A stretch of DNA of 31,945 nt from a virus. Taxonomy: Duplodnaviria; Caudoviricetes. This document shows positions 10,401 to 20,544 of this stretch, one piece after another; the first letter of the stretch is position 1, and every line of letters starts with the position of its first letter. The stretch is taken from IMG/VR virus record IMGVR_UViG_3300016665_000287, positions 1 through 31,945 of that record; one strand, written 5' to 3'. The translations under genes and the position numbers were made by a program. The notes beneath the pieces were generated by a model. It made no database searches. It saw only the letters and a list, made by a program, of their open reading frames with translations, and was not told the DNA's origin.

Positions 10401-11691
10401 TGAGGTTAAAAATAACTCTAATAACACCGGTATAATAGGTAATTGTAATAATACAGCTGGTAAAAACTCATTTATAACAGGATATCAAAATAGAATAGGA
10501 GCCTCTGGATTTGAATCATCTATAATAGCGGGTGCTTCAAGTTCATTAAGTGGTAAATACTCAGCGATTATAGGTGGTTGTAATAATGAAATACTACCTA
10601 ATTCAGATACAAATCTTATATTAGGAGGAATTTCTAATAAAATTTCATATAATTCATCAGGTATTACTTCCTCTATTGTGAATACTAACAATTTCATTAT
10701 TGGTGGTAATAATAATGTGATTGAGAGTGGTATTACGCAATCAGCAACTGAAAATTCTTTCATTATAGGTGGATTTGGTAATACTATTCAAGCTGGTTTA
10801 ACAAACTCATTAATTTTAAATGGTCAAAACTTCACAGCAACTCAAAGTAATACGATTTATTTAGAAGGTAATGTATTTGTTAATGGCAATGATATAACAA
10901 ACGGTGCAGTACCAACACCGATACCAACAGGTGAAATTGCATTTGGTAATGGCACTGGTATTACATCTGATCCTGATTTTATTTTTCAACAATCAAATAA
11001 TAGTTTAATAGTTGGACCAAACACTAATACGATTAACGTAACAAGCTATGTATCATCTATCATATCATCAGGAGCATCTACAATAAATCAATCAAGTGCA
11101 ACATCTATTATATCATCATATGGCTCAACTATTGGAACATTAGGAGTATTTACATCTATTATATCAAGTGGATCATCGCTTATATCAAGTGGTCAGAGAA
11201 ATTCAGTTATTGGATCTTATAATAGTTATATATCAGCGCTTTCAAATCAATCAGTAATAATTGGATCAGCTAATACTGGTATAACAAATGGATCAAACCA
11301 TACGATAGCGTCTGGATTGAATAATAATATAAACGCATCTCCAATATCAGCTATTATTGGAGGATCTTATAATTCATTAATCAGTTCTCAGAGAAGTGTT
11401 ATTCTTGGTGGTCAAAACTTATCATTAACTTCAACAAATGATTCTGTTTTAGTTCCGAATTTAATTGTGAATGATGATATATCTTTTAATAACGTATCTG
11501 GTACAGCGACAATTACAGCTGGTACTTCTGTGACGGTTAATAATACATATGTACAGGCTGGTTCTAAAATATTAGTGACAGGTAATGGTAACTCAACATT
11601 TTATGTTACAACAATAGTTCCTGGTACCTCTTTCAATATAAATGCTGGTACTTCTGGAACATACACTATATTTTGGTTAATTATAAACTAA
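7495..11691 (+). CDS. Large tail tip/central fibre protein
   Basis: 1398 aa; ITFNIADVREI..RNGAYSKTISIPGTKNN, YYYPLIDY and DFVNSIIKMFNLY hub-like motifs; C-terminal IIGGxxNxI repeats. Confidence 0.7.
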   Translation: MNKTQLYIQLPETNTQSFRFGDTYLASSYLGLFLGLEMPIDVTGLLNVGDQIFIDQDDKTINTWIDGPATIIGITSSSIYPAPASLVFTDRPLQTPIVFSSGEAGTFYLGSQIQSNWTEVDLSDNVPFPITFNIADVREINNRNGAYSKTISIPGTKNNNDVFKYIFDIQGVDNYDTRVKVKCSLVIDTIPVLEGYIQLDSITCTDNKYWVYNCIIFGENANFSKEIDQNARLEDLDFSEFNHNLTLDTITQSWSGDWSNGYYYPLIDYNNGRDPIAGSLTGGISQRFRWFLNYLKPSIYAKQYWDKIFQTYGYTYESEFLNSDTFKNLIIPTNKKIIENDVDWRFNSSFKAGITSIATYDTPTGQNEGPGPGSFQSNMDNPAVTDNFVMSDSGQFFYDPQNIFQDILGPGNSFRYVNSYQGTIPKEQKVVLKLDYKITPIFTNGASLNLNNLYGAGFILFYNIYKNTSTLLKSEKIRLIGSSALDGNSSQNQKINYLLDNYGEFEDLDLNVFDRSQFDCVFDTSVLGQLNSGDTLKIEVGLTIFQNYDQSYPVSLSTQLSNFNNIKFRIECYPTTDGSTDGTLFFNSIDPELTDDQPLNINTTIPGNIKQIDFVNSIIKMFNLYLYQDKINPKKIFIEPRDQFYYVDQTLNWSDKLDISKEIEQSPIVDRKKRVLLTYKEDKDFFNNDYKQKTNEVYGQYEYNTDNEIETSDQKIDVIFSPSPLVNRKINDFTFDSRIIYTQILDPKQPITNDTFNRVDSNIRILYRKKINLSSNIKFQLMKRYPLTATLFDHYPYAGHLDDPFDSQLDLCFGEPEFLYYFNNYGYTINNLYNEYYDQFFEEIYGVESKTITAYVYLNSQDILDFDYRKLVYIDSISSGSPGYFRVNRIEYDPFNKQSYKVELIKVLNNFKSKYRRIINIEDIGEALPEWGNGLVTSGDNTNNGDDNIIGGVGNSICGNFSIIIGQNNEVKNNSNNTGIIGNCNNTAGKNSFITGYQNRIGASGFESSIIAGASSSLSGKYSAIIGGCNNEILPNSDTNLILGGISNKISYNSSGITSSIVNTNNFIIGGNNNVIESGITQSATENSFIIGGFGNTIQAGLTNSLILNGQNFTATQSNTIYLEGNVFVNGNDITNGAVPTPIPTGEIAFGNGTGITSDPDFIFQQSNNSLIVGPNTNTINVTSYVSSIISSGASTINQSSATSIISSYGSTIGTLGVFTSIISSGSSLISSGQRNSVIGSYNSYISALSNQSVIIGSANTGITNGSNHTIASGLNNNINASPISAIIGGSYNSLISSQRSVILGGQNLSLTSTNDSVLVPNLIVNDDISFNNVSGTATITAGTSVTVNNTYVQAGSKILVTGNGNSTFYVTTIVPGTSFNINAGTSGTYTIFWLIIN
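10320..11460 (+). repeat. Degenerate (S/N)xIIGGxxNxI beta-helix-type coding repeats
   Basis: NIIGGVGNSI, AIIGGCNNEI, LILGGISNKI, FIIGGNNNVI, FIIGGFGNTI, AIIGGSYNSL, VILGGQNL. Confidence 0.75.
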
Positions 11692-11737
11692 AAACATAAA
11701 TAAAAAGAACATATTTATATAAAATACAAACATAAAA

Positions 11738-13756
11738 ATGGCTGAAGAAAAAAAATTAGTTATTAGTTTAGATGCAAGTGGTGCTATTAGAACCGTTAGA
11801 GATTTAACTGAGGAGATGGCTGATCTTAACACACAGACAGATAAGATAGCGAGTAGTTCTGAAAAAGCATCAAAAAATATAGATGATATTGGTAAGTCCA
11901 GTAAAAAGGGTGTATCATCAATAAGTAATTTAACTGGTAGTTTAGTTAAGGGTCTTGGTATAGTTACTTTAATTTCAAAAGGGTTTGAACTATTCTCAGG
12001 AGCTTTAATGAAAAATCAAAAAGTGGCTGATACCGTTAATACTGCAATGACAACCGTCTCAATAATTTTATCAGAAGTTGTTGGTGTTGTAGTTGATGTG
12101 ATTACAAAAGTTGGTGAAGCAACAGGAGGATTTGATGCACTTGGTAAAGTTGTAAGTGGTTTAATAACAATAGCATTAACACCTTTAAAAGCTGCTTTCT
12201 TTGGTATAAAATTAGCCATTTTAGAACTACAATTAGCTTGGGAAGAGAGTTTTTTTGGAGATGAAGATCCAGAGACTATTAAAGATTTAAATAAAAGAAT
12301 ATCTGAAACAAAAGATAGTTTAATAGAAGTTGGTGAAGATGCTATTGAGGCTGGTAAAAAAGTTGTTGATAATTTTATACCAGCAGTTCAATCTATTGGA
12401 CAAGTTATAGAAGGTACAATAGAAGGCGTATCAAAAATAGATGTTAAGGCAGCAGCAGCTCAGGCAAAAGCACTTACACAATTACAGAATAATGCTATAT
12501 TAGCTCAGGCACAGGCAGCAAGATTAGCAGAACAATATGATAGACAAGCCGAAAAATTAAGACAAATTAGAGATGATGAATCTTTATCTATACCTGATAG
12601 AATAAAAGCGAATCAAGAATTAGGTGATGTTTTAAATAAACAAGAAAAGGCTTTATTACAACAAGCTGATGCAGGTGTAGCAGTCGCACAGGCTAATCTA
12701 CAAGTTAATAATACTATTGAAAACCAAGCAGCTTTAACAGAAGCACTCACACAAAAGGATGCTGTCTTAGCACAAGTTGAAGGTTTAAGATCAGAACAGA
12801 AAGTTAATGAAGTCGCTTTAAATAAAGAACTTATAGAACTTGATAAAGCAAGATTAAAATCATCATCTGAGTTGGCTATAAAACAACAAAAATTTGATGC
12901 TTCCTTAGTTGATGATAAGCTAAAAAGACTTGAAATTGAAAGAGGTATATTAGAACAAGAGAAGGTTATAGAGCTTGAAAGACTTCAAAATAATATAAAT
13001 CTATATAAAGAAGGTACTCAGGCAAGAGTTGATGCCGAGGTAGAGTTCGCAACTAAAAAACAAGAAATAGATAATCAAATAGCTAAGAATGAAAAAGATA
13101 TAGCTGATGAGAAAAAGACAAGAGAAGAGGCTGCAAAGAAAAAAGCAGATGAGGATAGACAAAAAGAAATAGAAGCAGAAAGAGCAGCAACTCAACAAAA
13201 ATTTGATATAGCAAATGCTGGATTAAACGCTTTAAGTTCTTTAAATGACTTATTCACAACTCTTGAAACTAATAGACTTAAAAAAGGTGAAAAGGCTTCT
13301 GTTGAATTGCAGAAAAAACAATTTAAAAGAGGTAAGGCATTAGCTGTGGCTCAAACTGGTATCAATACAGCACAAGCGATAGTTAGAGCATTGGCTGATC
13401 CAGGTGGTATTCCTGGAACTATTTTATCAGTAGCCGCAGGTATTACAGGTGCTGCTCAAATAGCCGCTATATTAGCAAAAAAGTTTAATCCAGAGACAGG
13501 TGATACTGGTGGTGGAGATACAGGAACAACTTCAACACCATCATTAGGTGGAGCCGGACAATCATCATTCATAGCACCACCAACATTTTCATTAGGTGGT
13601 CAACAGATTGGTGGAGCTGGTAATATACTTGGAACTGGTGGTGGATCACAAGCACAACAACCAATTAAAGTATTTGTATCTGAAACTGACATATCTAATG
13701 TACAAGGTAAAGTTCAAGTAACACAAGGCAACTCATTATTTGGAGGTGGTGGATAA
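11738..13756 (+). CDS. Tape measure protein
   Basis: 672 aa, helical and A/E/K/Q-rich with hydrophobic segments; C-terminal KALAVAQTGINTAQAI and IKVFVSETDI motifs. Confidence 0.85.
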   Translation: MAEEKKLVISLDASGAIRTVRDLTEEMADLNTQTDKIASSSEKASKNIDDIGKSSKKGVSSISNLTGSLVKGLGIVTLISKGFELFSGALMKNQKVADTVNTAMTTVSIILSEVVGVVVDVITKVGEATGGFDALGKVVSGLITIALTPLKAAFFGIKLAILELQLAWEESFFGDEDPETIKDLNKRISETKDSLIEVGEDAIEAGKKVVDNFIPAVQSIGQVIEGTIEGVSKIDVKAAAAQAKALTQLQNNAILAQAQAARLAEQYDRQAEKLRQIRDDESLSIPDRIKANQELGDVLNKQEKALLQQADAGVAVAQANLQVNNTIENQAALTEALTQKDAVLAQVEGLRSEQKVNEVALNKELIELDKARLKSSSELAIKQQKFDASLVDDKLKRLEIERGILEQEKVIELERLQNNINLYKEGTQARVDAEVEFATKKQEIDNQIAKNEKDIADEKKTREEAAKKKADEDRQKEIEAERAATQQKFDIANAGLNALSSLNDLFTTLETNRLKKGEKASVELQKKQFKRGKALAVAQTGINTAQAIVRALADPGGIPGTILSVAAGITGAAQIAAILAKKFNPETGDTGGGDTGTTSTPSLGGAGQSSFIAPPTFSLGGQQIGGAGNILGTGGGSQAQQPIKVFVSETDISNVQGKVQVTQGNSLFGGGG

Positions 13757-13783
13757 CATTTAATTAAAAAATATATTTATAGT

Positions 13784-14920
13784 ATGGAAAATAAACTACT
13801 AAAAGTCGAGATGGAACATCGACTACCAACTTATAGAATAATGATTAATGAAGATGATGACACAACAGGTGTTGATTTTATTTCATTAGTTAAGGATCCT
13901 GCTGTTGAAGAAAATTGGATGGCTTTCTCATCAGTTCAGTTCGATTTTCAGGCTCAAAAAGATAAAAGAATGTTATTTGGAGTGTTAATGGTGCCTGACA
14001 AAAGAATATATCGTAATGATGAAAGATTCGGAGAATATAATGTATTCTTCACAAAAGAAGATATAGAAATGATTGTTAAAAAGTTTAGTAAAAATAACTA
14101 TAATAATAATATATCATTTGAACATATGGGAATTCAAGTGAAAGGAACTCTTGTTGAAAACTTCATTATAAAAGAAGGTATGATTGTTCCTGGATTTGAA
14201 TCTATTCCGTATGGATCTTGGATGGGATGTGTTTATATTGAGGATGAATCATTCTGGACTAATTTTGTTAAAAATGATATTGTTAAAGGATTTTCTATTG
14301 AGATAAATGGATTTTTATCAAGACAAGATTTTTCAAAAGATAATGATATATGGGATTCTTTAATTAAACTATTAGAAAATGACATTAATGATGAAACAAT
14401 TATAAAGGTTGAAGAACTTTTTAAATCTTTTAAATTTGAAAGTTATAATGACTATCCACAGGCAGCTAGCGATGCTGCTAAAAGAGCCTTGAAATGGTTA
14501 GATGAATCAGGAAATCCAAATAATTGTCTAACTCGCGTTGGATACGCAAGAGCACACCAATTAGCAAATAGAGAACCAATTAGTCGTGAAACAATAGCTA
14601 GAATGGCTGCTTTTGAAAGACATAGGCAAAATAAAGACGTACCTTACGAGGAAGGATGTGGAAAAATTGCTTGGGATTGTTGGGGATCGGATGAAGGAAT
14701 TGCTTGGGCTCAGAGAAAGTTAAAGCAAATTGATGAAGCCTTGAACTCATCTGTTTATCAGACTATAATAAATAGAATGTCTAGTCAAGAATTTATTGTA
14801 GAACCAAAATCTGGTGAAACAGAAGATGAGTTTATAGGTAGATGTATGATTATTGAATCGAATAATTATGATCCTGATCAGGCATATGCAATTTGTAAAT
14901 CAAAATGGGATAATAAATAA
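13784..14920 (+). CDS. Prohead protease (XkdF-like) with C-terminal accessory domains
   Basis: GVDFISLVKDPAVEENW, GVLMVPDKRIYR, SFEH, GSW and VKGFSIE motifs; lies upstream of scaffold and capsid genes. Confidence 0.8.
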   Translation: MENKLLKVEMEHRLPTYRIMINEDDDTTGVDFISLVKDPAVEENWMAFSSVQFDFQAQKDKRMLFGVLMVPDKRIYRNDERFGEYNVFFTKEDIEMIVKKFSKNNYNNNISFEHMGIQVKGTLVENFIIKEGMIVPGFESIPYGSWMGCVYIEDESFWTNFVKNDIVKGFSIEINGFLSRQDFSKDNDIWDSLIKLLENDINDETIIKVEELFKSFKFESYNDYPQAASDAAKRALKWLDESGNPNNCLTRVGYARAHQLANREPISRETIARMAAFERHRQNKDVPYEEGCGKIAWDCWGSDEGIAWAQRKLKQIDEALNSSVYQTIINRMSSQEFIVEPKSGETEDEFIGRCMIIESNNYDPDQAYAICKSKWDNK

Positions 14921-14973
14921 TGAATTATATTTTAGTATAAACTGAGTATTATAATATATAAAAGTAAAAATAT

Positions 14974-15441
14974 ATGAATAGAGAAGATAAAATCAAGCTA
15001 TTGATAGATAATGGATTTACTTGTGATCCTGAAAATGGAATCGTGTATGGAATAAAAGGTAATCAGATAAAATCTAAAACAAAAGGTGGATATGGTGTAT
15101 GTGCTATTAAATATAATAATAAACAAATAAGAGTATTATCACATATATTTATGTATTATTATGTCAATAATGTTGTACCAGATACAATAGATCATATAAA
15201 TGGTGATAAAATGGATAATAGAATAGTAAATCTTAGAAATGTATCACAACAAGTTAATCAACACAATAGAAGATGTAAAGGATACACATATATTAAAAGT
15301 CTTAATAAATATAAAGCACAGATAACATATAATGGTAAAGTTAAATATATTGGATTATTTGATACACCTGATTCAGCTAGAAATGCGTATTTATTAGAAA
15401 AAAAGAAATTACATATTGAAATAATTTCTAACAAAAATTAA
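14974..15441 (+). CDS. Free-standing HNH homing endonuclease with AP2-like domain; paralogue of 1548..2000
   Basis: IDHINGDKMDNRIVNLR; KYKAQITYNGKVKYIGLFDT..ARNAY. Confidence 0.88.
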   Translation: MNREDKIKLLIDNGFTCDPENGIVYGIKGNQIKSKTKGGYGVCAIKYNNKQIRVLSHIFMYYYVNNVVPDTIDHINGDKMDNRIVNLRNVSQQVNQHNRRCKGYTYIKSLNKYKAQITYNGKVKYIGLFDTPDSARNAYLLEKKKLHIEIISNKN

Positions 15442-15483
15442 TTTTCTATATTTATATTATAAAACAAAAAATAATCAAAAGAA

Positions 15484-16095
15484 ATGGATGTAAAATACGA
15501 AGCTTTAAAACTATTAAAGCAGTTATTCACTAAACAGAATTTCGAAGATGCTAAATTAAATGATGGCACTATCGTATCGGCAGAAGCTTTTGAACCAGGT
15601 CAAGATCTATTCATCATAGACGAGTTAGGAGAAAGAATTCCTGCACCAGATGGAGAACACACACTTGAAGACGGAACAAAGGTAATGGTTGAAGGTGGTA
15701 AGATCAAAGAACTTGTAAAACAAGAAGTTGAAGATGGCATCAAAGAAGATGTTGAAATCAAGGAAGATATGGCTGTTGAAGTAGAAGTAGAACCTTACAT
15801 AGAAGAAGTTCCTGAGAAGGAAAGTGAAATCGCTATGTTAAAGACTATGTGTGAAGAAATGATGGCTAAAATCAATTCACTTGAAGAAGAAATGGGTAAA
15901 ATGAAAATGTCATCTGATGAGGCTAACAAGACAATCGCTGACGCAGTTGTTGAACTTTCAGAAAACTTTTCAAAACTACCAGCAGGTGAAAAATTAGATG
16001 TTAAACCATCTGACTTTGAATCAAAGTTCTCAAAGATTTCAAAAGAAGGAAAGAAAATGGATATCCACGAATGGATAGCTAAAAATAAAAAATAA
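15484..16095 (+). CDS. Capsid scaffolding protein
   Basis: Acidic; LNDGT and PAPDGEHTLEDGT motifs plus a coiled coil; immediately upstream of the capsid gene. Confidence 0.75.
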   Translation: MDVKYEALKLLKQLFTKQNFEDAKLNDGTIVSAEAFEPGQDLFIIDELGERIPAPDGEHTLEDGTKVMVEGGKIKELVKQEVEDGIKEDVEIKEDMAVEVEVEPYIEEVPEKESEIAMLKTMCEEMMAKINSLEEEMGKMKMSSDEANKTIADAVVELSENFSKLPAGEKLDVKPSDFESKFSKISKEGKKMDIHEWIAKNKK

Positions 16096-16131
16096 ATCTT
16101 AAAAAGATTAGAAAAAAAAAATTAAATTAAA

Positions 16132-17091
16132 ATGGCTTTAAATCTAGCAAGTTTAACTAAATACACTGATCAATTGGCTACAGATCTAATCTACAAGTCA
16201 ATTCTTCAAGGTAGAACATTTGAAACTGGTGTTACTATCCAGACAAATGTAAAATATGCTGACGCTCTTAACTTAATGACTAGCAACCTTATCGGTATCG
16301 CTGGTGGTTCTTGTGGTTATTCAGCAACAGGATCTGTGACTTTATCACAAAGATCTTTAGAGGTGTGTCCAATCACCGTATTCGAGAACAATTGTTTAAA
16401 TGATCTTGAACAATACTGGGCAGGTAAGTTGATGAGAGCAGGTTCTTACAACGAACAACTTCCTTTTGAGCAAGTTTATACTCAAGAGAAAGTAGAAAAA
16501 ATCCAAGCATTAATTGAAGACCTTTTCTGGAGAGGTTCAAAAGATGGTAATAACACAGGTGCTGGTTCAACAACTGGTAACTTAACACTTTGTAATGGTA
16601 TCATCAACACTCTTGAGTTCACTTCAGCAACTTCTTCTGTAATCAGAGCAGGTGCTACTTTCTCAGGATTCGCTAAGGCAGACGCAATCGCAATCATCGA
16701 TTCTGTAATCGCAGCAGCTAACACTTCAGCAGCAGACATCTTAGGACAAGCAGACCTTAACATCTACTTATCTTATGGTAACTTCACTACTTTGATGCAA
16801 GCATTAAGAGAAGCTAACTACTTTCACTATGATTCAAACTTCGGTGATTTCAGAGTTAATAACTACTTAGGTACTAACTGGAATATCATCGCCGTAAGAG
16901 GTCTTAACGGAACTAACAAAGTTGTAGCTACTTACGCAGCTAACTTATACTATGGTGTTGACCTTGAAAACGACTTCGAAACTTTCGAAATGTGGTATGA
17001 AAGATTCCAAGACTTAGTATACTTCAGATCTAAGTTCAAAATGGGTGCTCAAGTTGCATTTCCTGAATTTGTAATCGAATATAGAGGATAA
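16132..17091 (+). CDS. Major capsid protein
   Basis: 319 aa after protease/scaffold; C..CLNDLEQYW and LYYGVDLEND...FRSKFKMGAQ patterns; C-ending codon bias (TTC/AAC/ATC) of a highly expressed gene; followed by a terminator. Confidence 0.85.
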   Translation: MALNLASLTKYTDQLATDLIYKSILQGRTFETGVTIQTNVKYADALNLMTSNLIGIAGGSCGYSATGSVTLSQRSLEVCPITVFENNCLNDLEQYWAGKLMRAGSYNEQLPFEQVYTQEKVEKIQALIEDLFWRGSKDGNNTGAGSTTGNLTLCNGIINTLEFTSATSSVIRAGATFSGFAKADAIAIIDSVIAAANTSAADILGQADLNIYLSYGNFTTLMQALREANYFHYDSNFGDFRVNNYLGTNWNIIAVRGLNGTNKVVATYAANLYYGVDLENDFETFEMWYERFQDLVYFRSKFKMGAQVAFPEFVIEYRG

Positions 17092-17102
17092 TAAAATTAA
17101 GA

Positions 17103-17134
17103 AGGTGGTGTGATGTCCACACCACCTCTCTTTT
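17103..17134 (+). terminator. Rho-independent terminator after the capsid gene
   Basis: AGGTGGTGTG-ATGTC-CACACCACCT 10-bp stem followed by CTCTTTT. Confidence 0.75.
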
Positions 17135-17169
17135 AAATAAGAAGACAAAAAAAAATAAAATAAAAATAA

Positions 17170-17682
17170 ATGGCTTGTATTTTAAACACAGGATATACAA
17201 TAGGATGTAGAGATAACACTGGTGGTGTGCAAACACTCGCTATTGGACCTTGGGAACTTGGTACTACATATACTTATGGTGGTGATGGTGAAATCACGGC
17301 TACTTCTTATGCAACTGCATCTTTCTTTGAATTCGAACAATATACTGAGCAAGCATCAGCAACTGGTGAAGTAACAGCAAACAACGAAAATGGTACTATC
17401 TTCAATACTCAAACACTTACTTTCATTATGGAGAAAATGGACGCACCAACAAGAGCTAAGTTTTTAATCCTTACACAAGGTAGATTCAGAGTTTTAATTA
17501 AAACTCAAAATGGTGAGTGGTTATTAATGGGTAGATTAAACGGAGCTAGACTTTCAGCTGGAACTAACGGACCAGGTAAAGCTTTCGGAGACTTAGCAGG
17601 ATTCACAGGAACATTAACAGCTGTAGAACCAGAACCAGTTCATATTATAGAAGAAGCAGAAGCATTAAGACTAATAGCTTAA
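17170..17682 (+). CDS. Major tail (tube) protein
   Basis: MAC.LNTGY.IGCRDNTGGV, ENGTIF..QTLT and GKAFGDLAGFTGTLTAVEP patterns; high-expression codon bias; terminator downstream. Confidence 0.75.
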   Translation: MACILNTGYTIGCRDNTGGVQTLAIGPWELGTTYTYGGDGEITATSYATASFFEFEQYTEQASATGEVTANNENGTIFNTQTLTFIMEKMDAPTRAKFLILTQGRFRVLIKTQNGEWLLMGRLNGARLSAGTNGPGKAFGDLAGFTGTLTAVEPEPVHIIEEAEALRLIA

Positions 17683-17709
17683 TTCGTTTTTCATATTTCT
17701 AAATCGGAT

Positions 17710-17745
17710 AAAACCAGTATCAAACAATACTGGTTTTTTCTTTTT
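17710..17745 (+). terminator. Rho-independent terminator after the major tail gene
   Basis: AAAACCAGTAT-CAAACA-ATACTGGTTTT followed by TTCTTTTT. Confidence 0.75.
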
Positions 17746-17793
17746 AAAAACATTTCATCTAAAATTATATTTATATTAAAATCAAACTAATAT

Positions 17794-18204
17794 ATGATTC
17801 ATATACCATATGGTTCTTCAAGTTCAAATATATTAAGACTAACAAAAGTGGCAACTTTAATAGATCCTTACTATACTTTTGAGTTTATTAACCAACAATC
17901 AAAAGATACAATCATATTCACAGCAGATAATATATCACCTATACCACTTATATATGATGAGTTTATCATAACTTCATCAACAAATTCAGTAGGTTTAACA
18001 CAAGGTATAATAAATGTAGAAAAAGGAGTTTATACTTATAATGTATATGAGACTCAATTTCAATATAACCTTGATTTAGGATCAGCTTCTTTTTTAAGAA
18101 GTGGTGAATGTGTGATAAGTGGAGATAATGATTTTTCATATTCAACATTCACACAATCTGACAACAATACAACATCTGTATTTAACATAGATGACTACTT
18201 ATAA
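17794..18204 (+). CDS. Hypothetical virion protein (beta-rich, GVYTYNVYE)
   Basis: 136 aa ORF between major tail and portal genes. Confidence 0.5.
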   Translation: MIHIPYGSSSSNILRLTKVATLIDPYYTFEFINQQSKDTIIFTADNISPIPLIYDEFIITSSTNSVGLTQGIINVEKGVYTYNVYETQFQYNLDLGSASFLRSGECVISGDNDFSYSTFTQSDNNTTSVFNIDDYL

Positions 18205-18218
18205 AAAAAAATTAAAAT

Positions 18219-19349
18219 ATGAACGCAATTAATGATAACAATTACGAACCAACTAAAATCAACTTCTCAGTTGTAAATCTAAATAACGCAGTTGAGGTGC
18301 CAGTTATTATTGAAAATGGTAGAAAAGAATGGGTAGAATTTGGTTCTGATAATATGTTTTTCGAATACTTAATAGATATATTCACAGAAAGATCAATTAC
18401 ACACAGAGCCATTACTGACAGAAAGATTGATATGATCTCAGCTAATGGATTTGAAACAACAGGTCAAGAATCTCTACAATATAAAGAATTTCTTTTAAAT
18501 AGATTTGATTCTGATAACTTAGAAGAATTGACTAATAAAATTACTATGGATTATGAAGTCACAGATTCATTCGCAATCGGTGTAATCTGGAATAATGATG
18601 GTACTAAAATAAGTCAATTATATCATATACCTATTCAATCTTTAAGATATGATAAAAACTACTATAATAAAAACGACGAACCTAAATACTTTTGGATGTC
18701 AGAAGATTGGTCTAACTTAAGAAAATTTCCTGCTAAAAGAATACAAGAATTCTCAACTAAGTTTAAGGCTGAAAAAACACAAGTTTATTATTACAAGAAG
18801 TATTCAATCGGTAATAAGTGGTATTCAGTACCTAAATACTATGGTTCTTTAAACTGGTTTATATCTGAATATGAAATAGCTCATTTTCATAAAAACTCTA
18901 TTATGAACGGATTCTCAGCAGGTTTCTTACTTTCTTTTAATAGTGGAGTTCCTTCACCAGAAGAAATGAAAAGAGCTTATAAAGAAATACAAGAAAAATT
19001 CACAGGACCAAATGGTGCTGGTAAGTTTATACTAGCCTTCAGTAATGGACAGGATCAAAGACCAGAACTTACAAAAATTGATCTGAATGACAGCGATAAA
19101 AGATATACTGAACTTAACGATTTAATTAGGCAGAATATATTTGTAGCTCATTCGGTTATAAATCCGATGTTATATGGTGTTTTTGTACCAGGTCAATTAG
19201 GTGGTAGAACAGAATTGGAAGAGAGCTTACAGATTTTTCAAGCTGTTTATATAAATTACAGACAAAGAGATATAGAAGGCGTTTTAAACAAACTAGCAAA
19301 AATAAATGGTGTAGTTGAACCTATTAGATTAAAAAAATATACAATATAA
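18219..19349 (+). CDS. Portal protein
   Basis: [38 protein letters not shown] and [14 protein letters not shown] motifs. Confidence 0.85.
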   Translation: MNAINDNNYEPTKINFSVVNLNNAVEVPVIIENGRKEWVEFGSDNMFFEYLIDIFTERSITHRAITDRKIDMISANGFETTGQESLQYKEFLLNRFDSDNLEELTNKITMDYEVTDSFAIGVIWNNDGTKISQLYHIPIQSLRYDKNYYNKNDEPKYFWMSEDWSNLRKFPAKRIQEFSTKFKAEKTQVYYYKKYSIGNKWYSVPKYYGSLNWFISEYEIAHFHKNSIMNGFSAGFLLSFNSGVPSPEEMKRAYKEIQEKFTGPNGAGKFILAFSNGQDQRPELTKIDLNDSDKRYTELNDLIRQNIFVAHSVINPMLYGVFVPGQLGGRTELEESLQIFQAVYINYRQRDIEGVLNKLAKINGVVEPIRLKKYTI

Positions 19350-19351
19350 TT

Positions 19352-19930
19352 ATGAATAATTTTTATATTTATTTTCACATAAATCCATTAAAGAATGAAA
19401 TATTCTATGTTGGTAAGGGTAAAGGTAAAAGGGCTTGGTCTTATACAGGTAGAAGTTTATTTTGGAAAAATATAACAAAAAAATATGGTTATATTATTGA
19501 TATAATTGAAGATGGATTATCTGAGCAAGAAGCATTTGAAAGGGAAATTTTCTATATAAACAAAATTGGTAGAAAGGATTTAGGATTAGGCCCTCTAATT
19601 AATATGACTAACGGTGGAGATGGTCCATCTGGATCTATTAGAAGTAAAGAGACTATAGATAAATTGAAAGAATCAAGAAAAAACTATAAACACTCTGATG
19701 AGACAAGAAGAAAGATGTCTAAATCACAAACTGGTAGAAAGCAATCAGATGAGGCAAAAGAGAAGGTATCAAAGGCTCGTAAAGGTAAAACTTTTTCAGA
19801 AGAACATAGGAGAAAATTATCTGAGGCTAAAAAAGGTAGAAAGTTATCAGAAGAACATATTAGAAAAGTAGCAGATTCTAATAGGGGTAAAAAAAGAGGA
19901 CCTTATAAAAAAAATAAAAATATAAAATGA
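19352..19930 (+). CDS. GIY-YIG-like homing endonuclease with NUMOD3 repeats
   Basis: FYIYFH...FYVGKG..KRA, E and N..GG catalytic pattern; repeats [25 protein letters not shown]. Confidence 0.85.
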   Translation: MNNFYIYFHINPLKNEIFYVGKGKGKRAWSYTGRSLFWKNITKKYGYIIDIIEDGLSEQEAFEREIFYINKIGRKDLGLGPLINMTNGGDGPSGSIRSKETIDKLKESRKNYKHSDETRRKMSKSQTGRKQSDEAKEKVSKARKGKTFSEEHRRKLSEAKKGRKLSEEHIRKVADSNRGKKRGPYKKNKNIK

Positions 19931-20514
19931 TTTATTCAGCATTCATAACCGTAAAATATCTTAAAGATAATAGTCCAATTTTAACTTATGTAAATGATGA
20001 TGAGTTATCTGTGTATATTAAACCTGCACAAGATATTTATATTCAAAAAGCTCTTGGAACTAAGTTTTATTATTCTCTAATGGATAAAATATCTACAACT
20101 TCTTTAAACGCGAATGAAATAGATTTAATAACTCAATATATTCAACCAGCTCTTGTATGGTGGACAACAATGGAGTTTGCACTTTATGCTAACTATAAGT
20201 TTACGAACAAAGCTGTGAGTAAACAATCATCAGATAATTCAAATCCATCTGAACTTAATGAAGTTAATTACTTAACTACAAGTATTAGACAAAAAGCTCA
20301 ATACTTCACAGATAGATTAACCAAACACTTGATGGGTGAGACTACAACATTTCCTGAGTATCTTGAATACTATACAAACACTTTTGAAAATATACCATCA
20401 TCAAGACAAAACTATTACTGGGGTATTTATGTACCTGGTGGTAGATTTGATGATCCTCAAGATTGTGGTGGATTTGGAGCCAATCCAGGAAACTCTATTA
20501 ATTTGAATCCTTAA
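19927..20514 (+). CDS. Head-tail adaptor/connector-like protein
   Basis: [25 protein letters not shown] and [12 protein letters not shown] patterns; follows the portal. Confidence 0.65.
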   Translation: MIYSAFITVKYLKDNSPILTYVNDDELSVYIKPAQDIYIQKALGTKFYYSLMDKISTTSLNANEIDLITQYIQPALVWWTTMEFALYANYKFTNKAVSKQSSDNSNPSELNEVNYLTTSIRQKAQYFTDRLTKHLMGETTTFPEYLEYYTNTFENIPSSRQNYYWGIYVPGGRFDDPQDCGGFGANPGNSINLNP

Positions 20515-20544
20515 TTGATTTAAACTAAAACCTAACCTAACCGA

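Noticed and set aside
7453-17775. T4-type late promoter TATAAATA
   Set aside because: It appears as the reverse complement (TATTTATA) relative to the downstream genes, so the orientation is wrong; treated as a different motif.
712-18148. Short minus-strand ORFs in the structural block (e.g. 712..918, 2577..2822, 3777..4010, 10110..10358, 16482..16763)
   Set aside because: All lie antisense within well-supported genes and have shadow-frame composition.
19352-19930. Group I intron or intein hosting the endonuclease genes
   Set aside because: Flanking genes appear complete and there is almost no non-coding flank for a ribozyme core; the same holds for the HNH genes.
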